Origin: Eutreptiella sp. 'Long Island Sound 2002'
Lineage: Eukaryota > Protista > Euglenida
Reading direction: 5' to 3'
DNA: 64,000 bases
Assembly: GCA_964036045.1 (NCBI GenBank)
Contig: OZ038378.1
Coordinates: 168,330,001 to 168,394,000 of the forward strand
Shown here in pieces: positions 1 through 12,400 of the stretch (position 1 is the stretch's first letter; each line of letters begins with the position of its first letter). The position numbers were made by a program, and so were the translations under genes. The notes below the pieces were generated by a model. The model was not told the origin of the DNA. It saw only the letters and a list, made by a program, of their open reading frames with translations, and did no database searches.

Positions 1-1640
1 AATGGAGAACAACAGTGCCTGTTCGCATTCCTCGTTGGACAAGTTTGATGCATAAGCCCCTGGAGTGGTGGGAACAGGTGATATTCAAGCTGGTGACGGA
101 TTCTGCAAAGGAGCGATGCATCTGCAGCTCCCGTAGCTGCACATGGATCTTGCGCTTGCGCTGTTGCTGCTGCAGAACCGCTTCCGCCTTGGAGAGTACC
201 TCTTTGCACAGCACCCCACACAGCCGCTGGTTCCTCCCCTCTGCGACCTCACTTTGAAAAATGGACATCAACACTTCATACGCCTGCCTCGTGTTGCTGA
301 CCTGTAGCCCCCTTTGTTCCACATACTCCCACCCCGCCGACGGCACAAACTGCTTTGCAGCGGTGGCTGTGTGGTCGGGGCGGCACATGAACGGACACCC
401 CAAAGTGAGATTGTTGCAAGAGATCTCTGCTTCATAGAACCTGTTGGAATGTTGAATGCCCATGGCAGCCCCTTTCCTTTGCAAGAAGTCCAGAACAGCG
501 CTGTGCCAATATTGAAGACCTGAAGTGGTCTCTCTCTGACCTGCAGCCATAGGAGTGCATTTGCATCCTTCAGGTTGACTGGATGTGAGGTGGCACACAG
601 CAACGAGTCATTCAAGAGCATGGATTCAGCTGTAAAAGCAAGTAATTTTTTTTTGTTGTAGGAGCGAGCAAACTTTGTTTCGCTGTAAAAGTGAGTAATT
701 TTTTTTTGGCAGTAAGGGTACGCGGTTTTTTTCAGTACTCGCCAACACAATTTTTTTTAAGCCCTTGCCTTTACAGCAGAAAAAAATTACACCTTTTTTA
801 CAACATACACCACCCTATCGACCCATTGATTGAATGCCCCCCATTTTGGGGACCCCTAGATGGCCCCAAGACGGCAGGGGTTACGCAGGGTTTTTGATTC
901 CTCCCTACTTTGGGGACCCCAAGATGGCAAGGGTTATGCCATTTCTTTTTTTTATTCCTCCCCGCTCCATGAGTTTGGATATGGAAGGGGTACTGCAGCC
1001 TTTTTTGGATAGCTCGGCACTGGATGGCATGGCTGAGTGCCATCGCCACACTTTCGTGGTTACTAGTGATGACCAAGTGGGGTTGCATTAGTTTGTTTGT
1101 AGTCTAGATTGTGGCCTCTGGGTGAGTTGTTTCACAATTTGGGTTTGGGAACCCTTGAGCTGCAATGGATTGACCCACCCTTGCTTAGCGAAGCTCAAGC
1201 GGCACACTTTTGCCACAAAGCATCGAGCCTTGGGCTTCCATAAGGCTGGTGACGGTTGGTCTACACATTGCAATGTAGGTGGTTGAACACCAAGGTTCTT
1301 TTGAGGATGTTCCCCAATGCCTAAGCTTCATGTCCCTCCTACCATTTTGTTCCCAAGTTGAGGATGCACTTTTCGAGGCCAAGGACAAGTAGGTGGCAGG
1401 TGTTGAAGGCCAAGAATAATGTTGAGGTCACCCACCCCGCACCAAGGCAAGGATGCCTCACTTGAGCACGGCATCAGAGCCTCAAAGGCTATGGGGCAAT
1501 CTGCCGCGGCCAATCCCACCACAGAGGAGGACACCCATTAATTCGCCTCCATCCATGGAAAACAATTTCAGGTCCCCGAAGGGTATCCAAAGGATGCACC
1601 GCGTCAGTTGGAGCACGACTAAATGTTTATCAATGATTTG
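1..1640 (-). mobile_element. Degenerate transposon-like coding relic in the first visible intron of gene 1
   Basis: Broken ORF fragments on the minus strand (e.g. MSIFQSEVAEGRNQRLCGVLCKEVLSKAE..., LVITSNHESVAMALSHAIQ) without splice signals; family not identified. Confidence 0.3.
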
Positions 1641-3039
1641 ACCAGCACACTCGAAAGTCTCTAGGAAGATTGTGCGTGGAATACCAAACTTGGCGGAAAG
1701 CCTAAGTTGTCAAACGCGAAGTTTAATCTGATCTATAACCTGCATTCTGCGACAATTTGTAGTAGGTGCACATTTTGTAGCACAATCTCTGTTCCATATT
1801 TTTTTCTATAATCAACTCTACATTCTCCTCATGCATCCACCTCTTTTGGGGTTCTCAAGAGGTGAAGGTATAAAGTTGCTGTAATATGGGTTGATTCCCT
1901 TGAATTGGTGGCCACACGCAGAATTTTGCTTTGTGCATTCAGCGTCCCATCGTTCAGGTTGCAATGGGGTGCCAATAAGTGTACATATTGCAATAGAAGC
2001 ATCATCCCCCCCCCAAAAAAGTTGCATGGCTTTCAATGAAATAGAAAAAACTACTTGCCATACACTTTTTTTTTTCAGGTGTTCTGATTTTTTTCGGAAA
2101 TTATACGACATTCAGCCAAAAGAAAATTACTTGCCCCAACAGCAACAACAATGACTCACCTGTACGATTTTTTGGTACATGGTTTACGTTTTCCCTCTGC
2201 ATATGCACATCACTGTGCTGCACCAACCTTTGAAAACACCCTAAGGAAGCCCAAGTCCCTCCGAAACTCCAGTTGCAAATGATGGAAATGATTCGGCCAA
2301 GGTATACTCTCCATGTCGAACAAAAAATCGTACTGCACACTGCCTCTGCCATAGTACACAATATGTTTGCGGAAGCAGCCGCTAGTAAACACACATGTAC
2401 CAGACCTTATGCGGGTGATATGATTGGCTTCAATACAAAAATGTGTAAATGAATGTACTATTGGCGCGCAGATATGTGGGCTCTCGCATTGTTTCTAAAG
2501 CCAGATTCTTCCCCACCACTGTTTGGCCCCATCGTGGGCCCATGGTGTATGTGGGGCCTGTTGGCCACAACAGGTGCCACTAGCTGTCCTGCATGGTTTG
2601 ACCATAGCATTCGCACTCTGGAATAGATGCTATATTGGGAGTCTCCAGTGCTCTTGAGGGCCCTGAGTGACTGCGACCTGTTCTTCTGTCTTTGTTTCGA
2701 TGGGTCTTGAGACTGGTGCTTCGCCTTTGGAACCTCAAGTTGGGCAGCCAGCTGAGATTTCTACATGAGCTATTGGTCACAGCGCAGGTTGTGGAGCTCA
2801 GAGGATGTGCGTTTGCTTGAGTCTGATGGTGTAGGAGCTGTTCTCTGGGCTGAATGGTCAGGCAATGCCACAGAGATGGGGCGCACCTGCTTGTGCTTGA
2901 GAGAGGTTGAAGGTGCTTGGTGACGGATTGTCAAGACACATGGTACGTTGTTTCACCCATAGCCACAGCCAATAGTCGGGGCGTGCAGCCGATTTCTGAG
3001 CCTCTTCCACCTTTATTTTGCCAGATCGCCCCGAATTCG

Positions 3040-3100
3040 GTCGCTGTGGGCAGGATTGGGACCCTACAGGTCGCTGTGGGCAGGATTGGGACCCTACAGG
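3040..3100. repeat. Perfect 30-bp tandem duplication
   Basis: gtcgctgtgggcaggattgggaccctacag x2. Confidence 0.95.
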
Positions 3101-3309
3101 ATATGGGATGGTGTGCCTCTGGTGATGCCAGTACCAGGCCTTGGCTCAGAGTGTACACCCTACCCTAGGGGGATCCCTGCCTTTTTCAGGAAGGTGGGAG
3201 CCTCTTTCACTTGGGACCCCCTGCCCCCCCTCCTTGGGCAGGAGTGGGTGGGCGATCTAAGGACAGTGTTTGGTGGCAGGTGATAGCTAACTGTTCCCTA
3301 TTCTCCCAG

Positions 3310-3471
3310 GGTGCCGCTTCAACTGGTGACAAGCTGGCATTGCTGAAAGCCAGATCCAGTGCACGGGCCGCCCAGGCGCAGATGGCTGCGCAAGAGCGGC
3401 GGCAACAGCATGAGGCAATGCAGCAACCCCAAGGGTACTCTCCGCAGCACGAGACTCATTACCAGACTCAG
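3310..3471 (+). CDS. Gene 1 exon (GAASTGDKLALLKARSS...HYQTQ), phase 0-0
   Basis: ttctcccag| acceptor, |gtgtgc donor, 54 open codons; no Met, so an upstream exon is required. Confidence 0.75.
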
Positions 3472-6400
3472 GTGTGCTGTGAGATACAACGGCTGCGTTT
3501 TTGGTCAGTTGCCCTGTCTTCTGCACACAAGGGTGTGGTGGCAGCCGATTGTGCGGTGTTCAGTGCAGCTTTCCTGCGCATTTCTCCAGAATAGTGCCAG
3601 GTATCTGCTGTTAGTGCCAAGTAACCACTGTTCACAAAACCCTTGCAGAGGCAAATTTGCCCCCAACGCCAAATTTTCGCAGGCTGTGGGACCTGTTCCC
3701 TTGGCATTGTGCCGCTGTGCCACGATAGGGTTGCAGAGCCCCTGGCACATCCCGATTGCAGTCAGAGGGCTCGATAGTCTCGGCTTCAATGTGCCTTTGG
3801 GAGAGTTGAGGCAGAAACTGGAGTGTGAGAGACGCAGAGGTTGGTGCCGAGCGAGACGAGCAGAGTTACCAGAGACTTGATTTCTTACGCCCTCCGTTGT
3901 AAGCGTTCTACAACTGGAGTTTGCGGTGATGATAGGTGATGATGCAGAGTGGCTACGGTGATGATGGCTGAGATGCCGTGATGATGCGGTGTGGATGCTA
4001 TGTTGATGTGTCATGATGCAGTGTGGATGCGCTGCAGATGCCGTGATGATTTGGATCAGATGCGGTGATGATGGGCCTGGATGGGGTGATGTTGTGTGAC
4101 GGTGGATGCAGTGAAGCTGTGTGATGATGCGCTTTGGATGTGATGATGATGGGTGAGGATGGTGTGGATGCGGTGATAGAGTGTGATGATGCAGTGTGGA
4201 TACGATGTGTGATAGTGGATGCGGTGAAGCTGTGCGATGATGCAGTGTGGATGCTTTGATGATGGGTGAAGGTGCAATGCCGACCTGGTGATGGGTGCGA
4301 TGATGCTGTGTGGATGCAGTGATGATGGGTTAGGATGCGATGCCGGTGGGGGATCATGAGGTCATGATAATTGGTTTGGATGCGGGTTGGGTGCGGTGAT
4401 GATGGGTGACGATACGAGATGGATACCACATGATGATGGGTGGTGGCGCAATGTGGATGTGGCGATATATAAGTTGAAACCCTCTCCCCCCCTTTGATCT
4501 TGGGGCAGAAACTGCATAGAGCGCCGGGTATAGATCGTAGGCATTGGGCGTCCTGTGCCATCACCACTCCCAAAGACCATTGCTGCTTTGTGTCCTACCT
4601 CAAAAACTCATCTTCTACGTCTTTGGCATTGAGAACGGACTAAAACATGCAACCGATGAGGAGGTGGGGGAATGCCGTGAGCGACTGTGCTTTCTTCAGT
4701 TGTTGCACTGGTCCAGACAACAGCAGAATGAGGTGTAGAGAGGGGAGGGTGGGTGACAGGTAGTGGAGAGAATAGAGGATTGTGGGCGGAGTTGGAACAC
4801 CTTAAGGACTGCGGAAACGAACCGATAAAGGGATTGTAATTCGCCGACCCCAGTGTCCAGCATGTCCCTCAATGCACAGACGGGCTATGGTGGACACCAC
4901 GCCTACAGTCCTCCTGCTGTTGCTGGGTATCGTGGAGGCACGTCACAGCACCGTGGGTTTGAGGAGGACTATCAAACAGGGCGTGTGATTGAGATGGAGG
5001 AGGAGCACCAGGATCAAGTGGTGTGTCTCTGCCTCAGCAATGCTCCGTTCCAGTGGCTGTTCCTGGCTAGCCAGGGACAGGAAATAGGACTCCTCACATT
5101 CACCATAAGGCAAAGCCAGCAGGGACAGGGGCAGAGTCCATATCAAACCTGCCAACTTTGTGAGGAGGCACCGACACAAGCCAACACAGAAGCAGGGCTT
5201 TTTTTTTTAGGAAATGTGTGAGCATTTTGATGATCCATTTCAACGATAGTCCGCATGAAGCCCCCAACCCCCCCATATTCCCCCCCCGTACCTCCTCCGC
5301 TCCTATGCGCCTCCTCACTCGCTTCGCTCGCTCGAGCCCCACCATGCGCCTTCCTCGCCCACTTCGCTAGCTCGAAATCTGCACCAATGCACCTTCCTCA
5401 CTCGAGAGACATGCACACGTGCACGGGTAAATCCAAGGTAAGGGGGGGGGGGGCGATTTCATGCCGCATCCGGGCTCTTTTTTTTGAGGAAATGTGTGGG
5501 CATTTCCATGATCCATTTCAACAAAAGAAGCTGAGGCCAATAATGCAAATGTGCTCCGCTTCCATAATTGCTTTTCATGTGGGCCCAAGACTCTCTTGTT
5601 CTTCTTGTTGGACTGCTAAATCACACACACAAAACAGACACACAAATTGCAGGAAGTGTGATCCATTCATTATTCTTGCAAATGATCCGCAGTGTTGAAG
5701 AACACTGAAATTGGAGACAAATCACGTTAATTTGCTGGTGTTGTGCAGCGGCAGGGCGGAACTAAGACGGGATCATACATGGCATCAGCGTCCGTTTTGA
5801 TGTGTGTTCCCGTCCGTTTGCGTCAGTTTTGACTTTTGGGTGGGTCTGTTTCCGTCTGTTTTGATTTTCGGGTGCGTCTATTTGCGTCCGTTTTTCCTTT
5901 CTAGGTGTATTGGTGCAGAAATTGCCGGGGATGTCTGGGATAGTCAGTGACAGCACCAGGGACAATAACAGGGATAGTCCAAGGGTGCTGAATTTGTATG
6001 CACTACATGAGCAAACATATCTCAGAGAGGGAATGTGCCCTATTGGTATCATGCAGAGCTAATGAGATGGTCATTGGTTCAAACTCTGCCAATTACAATT
6101 TTTCTACCACTGAGGGCTACACCCCTGCGGCGCTTGCGGCGTGCGTTAGGAATAATCCCGTCCGCAAACAAGACACGCAATTCATTGTTATTTGATTCAC
6201 CACTTTTTGACACTCCATCCTTTTGCACTGTGCAACACGTCCTTGGTGACTCTTTTTTCTTTTTTGAGCCCCCCCCCCCCCCGCCGCTAACCCGTGTGTG
6301 TTGGGGCTTGGGGTTGGGGTGATGGGGAATGCCGGGCTATGTGGCCGTTCCGCCCACGGTCTAGAGGTACCAAGTTCCTTCCTCTACATTTTGGTGCATT

Positions 6401-9400
6401 TCAAGGGGTTAGTAAAATAGTTTAGCCCATGTGGTCATGCTCAAGAAGGCAGGGGTTATGTTGCTACTTGAGAAGATAGGGGTTCCCCTTTGCTTCCCTG
6501 TCATCAAACGTCCATGCTTTGAGCCCCAGATTCGCAAGACGAGGCACTATACAAATGTCGTTGGTTGCTCAGTGAAGATCCTGCATTTGCAGCTCTTCCC
6601 CTGCTCAAGTGTGGTCCTTGTGCTGTTCACTCACTGGGTTTTGTACAGGCAGGTACTCCAAATGGTCATGGAGTGGTGTTTCTTCCTTCTTGTTGCAAGT
6701 TTCACTGTTTCTACGGTTTAAGAGGATTATTCTTGCCCTGCGGCGCACGTGCGGCGCGCAGGTGTAGCCCTCACTATTGCAAGCACGTACATTGGAGGCC
6801 AAGGCCTCCCTCAATATTGCAGAAGTTGTGAGGGCACGTGGTGTGTTGTGAGCAATGACATGTGTTTCCTGATTGTGTGCGGCCGTTTAATGCCATGTAT
6901 GGACGGGATGTTGTGTGTTTCCCTCAGCACTTGAGGTGCCGAGGTTGGGTAGGGGCCACAAGCTGCACAACAGGTGGAACAAGATTGTATAATGCATGGC
7001 TCTGTATTGGGCTTGGGATATGCATCAAATGTGTCAAGGTCTTCAACCACCTCATCGTTACTGAACTCTGCAATGTATATTGCAATAATTTCATTGTCAA
7101 CTCGCGCTTCATCAAATGCATTCACACACACACGCACACACATCTCAATCCCTGTCCCCATTGTCAGAACATCCTGAAACTCCTTATTGGAAAAATCACA
7201 GTTATTCAATGTCGTCAATGTTCCACATCACATAAACAGTGCAACTGCAAAGCGAATACGAAAAGGGGCTCCAGGCTGGAAGGGTGGAGCAGAACACAAG
7301 ACGTCCAAAATTACAGTCTGAACAAAAATTACCCAAGGCAAATATTACCCCCGAAAAATATTACCCCACCCCCAAAATTAACCAAAAATTAAGATTGTTT
7401 TGGCAATTCTGGGTTTACCCCACTTCCTGGGCCCCCGGGTCTTGATTGTTTTTTTTTCCACTGCAGGCCCCTCTTCCTTGCACGGTCTATTTTTGTCATG
7501 GATATGCATGTTGTTCCGACTGTTGTGGTGGATGCGTACCGGTCAAGACTTGGTTTGTCAGCCCCTCGGCACAATTGGAGTGATGAATAATCAAAACAGT
7601 TACTGGCAAGGCAACATGGCATTGCTGGAGCTATACAACGACACTTAAGGGGTGATCAGAGGGAGCACAAGTTGGGGTACCACACAGTTTATGGGTGGCT
7701 GAAGTATTTCCAAAAAAATGGTGATTATTTTCACACCCAGAAAGGAGGTTGCAAAACGATTCTGTCTGAGGCTGAGTGTGCTGAAGTTTAAGATGCCATC
7801 ACCAAACAGAGAGCCGAACCCAGTTGTCCCGGTTTTAAGTGAACCATGAATGTTGCAACTCACATCGGTTTTCCGTTGCATTGTGCTGCATCGTGGCAGA
7901 GAAAGGTGACGCCCCCCTTTGCCACGATATCAAAAAATTACCCCAAAAAAATTAACCAAAAAATGGGTTCTGTTGGCTGATTTTGACCTTTGGTAATTTT
8001 TGCTTTACGTGTAATATCCAGGACCTGAATAATATGAACAAATGGGGGTACTGGATATATTATCAAGTACTGCATATTTTTTTTTGCTGATGGATGTTAC
8101 AAGAGGGGCGGTTCACAGATGTCTCACAAACGGTTTCTGTTTATGCATCTCATGGATGTCAGGACCCTGAACGAAATGTGGGTGAAATCTTCATTTGATC
8201 CCAAAAAGGTGAAACATGCATAAAGACACCAACACCAAGCGCACCAGAGTATATTTCAGTATGGTGCGCAAACACATCATGTATGAAGAGCTCTTTGTGT
8301 TGGATTATGCTGCATTATGCTGCATTATGCATGCCTTTCCAGCCAAATGCTTTTCCTGAATAATTGAGATTTTCTCAGCACACAAGTAGTCCATGTGGTC
8401 CTTTGGTGAATTGAGATTGCCATCAGGTGCCAAATGGGTGCCAACAAGTAGCACCTGTTGAGTGCCCATTTTGCATGGGGAGGGCCGGGACACCCAGTCT
8501 TGCAACCGCTCTGTACTGCAGCTGTGCACTGGCATCCTGCTTTGCCACCACTTTGTTCTGCAGCTGTGCAGCATGATGCTTTCTTGTAACTACCTTTCAC
8601 TGCATCTGTGCACAAACATGCAGCCTTGCAACCGCCCCCACATGCTCCCTTGCAGCCGCTCTGCACTGCAACTGCTCAGCTGCAAGACAAGGCAGTCACG
8701 CAATATCTGTGGTAACCAGCAGGCTCTGCTCTGTCGCGTCTGTCTTATGCATTGGACAGGTAAGGGAACCATTGATGTGCCCCACATGATGATTTGACTT
8801 TGTCTGTCTGACTGCATGACAGTTCCACAGCTCATTGGTCACTGTCCAACAATGTTTGCTGTTTTCTGTGCCCAAGGTACATTCCGGGGGGGGTTCCCCT
8901 CCTCCCTCCCCTAGACACCCCCCCCTTGCTCAAGCAAACCCCTGGGGTTCTGCACACAAGTCATTCATGCAGTGGCCGCAGAGGACTTCCAGATGTGCAT
9001 GGTGCATGGGAACTTCCTATTTGCCAGGATCGGAATTCACAGATGGAGCTAGAGATGTATGAATCCAGCAATGCACGAATGACTCAATGTGGAATCTGTG
9101 GCCGTATGTTACAACCTGCTTGTGTGCAGCGTGTGTGTTTTTGGGATGGGGAGTGAGATGGAGCGGACCTTAACAGGCCCTGTCCCCGTCCATGTTGCTT
9201 TGCATGGCAGCAATCAGACTGGTGAGGAAGCAGCAGGCACAAGATCCAGGGGACAAAGGTTATGCTCCAGACAGCACAGACACACAGGCCGACGAGGGCC
9301 ACATATGTTTTGGTGGTAGAGCCCTACGGCATCTCTTATTAGACCAGGTCAAAGCAACGCTTTTGGAGGAGAGTGAGTGGGTGTGCATGAAGTCTCTGGT

Positions 9401-12400
9401 GCTGCAGTGGAGTGAGAAGGTGGCACACAGCTCCAGAGCAGTCCACTGTTCGCCTGTCTCATTTCCACCATGAGTGCTGGGTTTGACTGCAGAAATCCCG
9501 TGAGTGGATCCTGCTGCTCCCCTTTGTTAGCAAGCTTTGCCCCTTATGTGGGAACAAAGCTGAGATTGAAACAACAATGGCCAGGCAGAGCCTGGCAGAA
9601 CGACGGATATCTATTAAAGACACGGTGCACCAAGGTAGGGATGCAGTGTTGTACAAGGGGTGGGGGAAGCGGGATTAGGCCGGGATGTTTCGGGGGCTCG
9701 GGGGGTGACGAGAGGCTCGGCCTTTGCACTGTGAAAGGAAGGGTTGAAACAGGAGATCCATGGCAGAGCCATGCAACCCTGTTGTATGTGGAGTGGAGAG
9801 AGGTCAACCAACATGTTTGCACATCAGCAGCAGCAAGTGACGAAAACAATGCAGAACAACATCAATGAGCAGAATGGGGTAGGGGTTGGGGGGGGCAGCT
9901 CGGGCTCAGCACAGTCGTCATGGACGGCCGGTAGGTATGGCGCCGTCTGTAAAACTAGCCATCCGACAGCTGACATCTACAGTGTGGTGGGTGGACACAC
10001 CCAGCACAACCGCGATGCCCAGGCGCCCAGTGTACGGGGGGCCCAGGATTCAGCCGTCCTGCAAGCAGTGGGTGTTCCAGGATCTGACAGCAGCTGGCCT
10101 ACCCCGAGAGCAATGCATCAGCAGAGCACAGTCCAAGTGATGCTAGCGCACAAGTACACCCATGGTGCCAACAGCAGTTGAGCAGATGAGCAGAAGTACT
10201 GGGCGCGTGAAACATTCTGCTGAGGGCGGTGGGGGGGAGGTGTTCGATCCCCCGAAAATGGGGGGAGGTTTGGAAAAGGGGCTCCCATTACCGAAGGCAT
10301 ATTTGGACTCAGAAAACCAGATCGGGCTGTGAAGAGGCCGGAACGAGATTTTGGGACATCCCCCCCCCCCCTATGATATTTTTTGACCCCCAGCAAGGCC
10401 CCCCTGACCCCGGATGGGCCCTGTTGGTGGGTTGGAAAGGGCCACGGTTCCAGGAGCCTGATTGAAGGGGGGGGGTCGACCCCCCCCCCCCCTGAAAGGA
10501 ATTTTTCGCGCCCCCTGGGCACTGTCGACCAAGGGGAGAAAGCAGAGAGCAGACAACGGAAAAGGCCTGCATCACCGTTTATGGTTTTGAGGCCAGTGGT
10601 ATTTTGCCAACACATTGTTGCTGTAGTTGTAGAAGAATGTGATTTTGTGCAGAGGACCCCGACGAGAATTTTTTTGGAAGCAGCTCCTCCGCTTCCAGTG
10701 GGCATGATAGGGTGGCCCATGACCACACAGGAGTCATTGGACAGTGATTTGCACTGGTCTTCGTTTGCATGCAGTTGCCGGCGCTCGCACTTCCCCCTAT
10801 CCAAGGCCAGCACTTGTTTACTCGTGACAGACTCCTTTTGCAGTCAGATCGTGATAGATTCTCAACGATTGTCACATGCATAGTGTTCTGGCGTGTGGTC
10901 AGGCTCATTCCGAGAAGACCGAATTGCCAAACACGAAGCCGTTTGTTCGAAGACTCACAATAAGCAACGGAAAACGTTCAACATGCAGCAACAACGCCTG
11001 GTACGTTTGGGCAGTCTCTTGTTGGGGTCTTTCCCAAGGATACCATATGTGTGTGGATTGGGGCTGTTGCAGGAAACAGTGATCTGTGTCATCCCCATCC
11101 TAATCTCAGGATGGATCACAGGTACGTAAGGTGGAGACTGACCAAACCTTTCTTTGTGTTTTCAGTGCAACTATGCAAACGTGCAACCAGTGTTTCAATG
11201 AGTCTCCACCAGCTACACAAGCCCGTTATGTTGAACCTGTGTGCCCTTCCGCTCCGCCTCACGAGGCGTCCATGTGCAAGTGCTAACAACAGGGTGAATA
11301 GGATCCCTGCCCTTTCTCCACTTCTCTGTGAAGATAGAGGGGAGGTCTGTTCGATTTGGGTGTATCTCAGACCAACTGTCCAAGGCGCGGCCAAAGGGCG
11401 GTCAAGCAGTCTTGCACTGCGTCTGACTGGACAGTCAAAGCGAATGTTGCAGAATGCGAATTGTTGTTTTTTGGGTGAGGGCAGTTCGATGTAGGTGGTG
11501 CTTGACAGCTCTTACACTCCTCCTTTGCTTCCAAGCACAGCGTTATTTTGCACCCTGCCTCCAACCGGTCCTGGGTCAATTTGTGATCCGTTGAATCCAC
11601 AGCAGGTTTGTTCATCAGCAATGGGAACATGGAACCTGAGGGTTGAAAAGGGAGCCTGCTTGGAGACGAGTGGCAAAACTTGACAGTGGAATTCAAGTAT
11701 GTAAGTATGAAACAACTTCTCTACCACTTGACGGACCGCCGCAGCATGCCAGACGCCTCATCGCCTGCATCGTAGGATGGCGAAGCTCAGAAGGCATTGA
11801 AAGACGCCAAGAAGCAAGCTCGATTCAATCCGCCACCCAAGGAAAAAGTTGGGAAAATGCCCAAATGGAAGCAGCAGCACCTGGAATTCCAGAATGCGTA
11901 TGCTCCTTTAGTGCTGCTGCTCTACAGTGGTTTTGTCTGCTGAAGGGAGGTTGATGCCCGGTCGTTGACACAATTCTGTTGCCTGTATGCAATTGCAGCG
12001 GTAGTTCCTTGGTGGTTTGTGCATGGTCCGGTGTCAGCAGGTCGATTTTTGTAGGCAGCAGGACCTGGGCTGCTTTGAACAGCCCCTCCGTTAGTCCCTC
12101 TTAAACTGCTCGCGGGTTTCTTACTTCATCGTCCTGGGAGGCATTTCATATTGTGAAAGTACGAGCATGGAAAGATCCACAAGGATACGAGACCTGAAAT
12201 GTGGAACCTTTTCAATATGGGTTACGTTGATAATCTGACCACCCATGATGACAACCTCAATCCCCATGTGCCGCCTCTTCCACTCTTGGCAGCCAAAATG
12301 CATGAACCTTTACAAACCTTTACAAATGATTTTTGATTGTCAGGACATCAAAAAAATCCATCCAGATTTTACACCTCAATACCCCTCCCAGCCACCCGAC

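Noticed and set aside
3998-4580. His-rich ORFs, and elsewhere poly-CV/HT, RE, L and A ORFs
   Set aside because: Translations of microsatellites or low-complexity repeats with no splice or codon support
10240-10255. GTTCGATCC B-box (also a reverse GGTTCGAAT near 62785) suggesting a tRNA gene
   Set aside because: No cloverleaf or A-box at proper spacing
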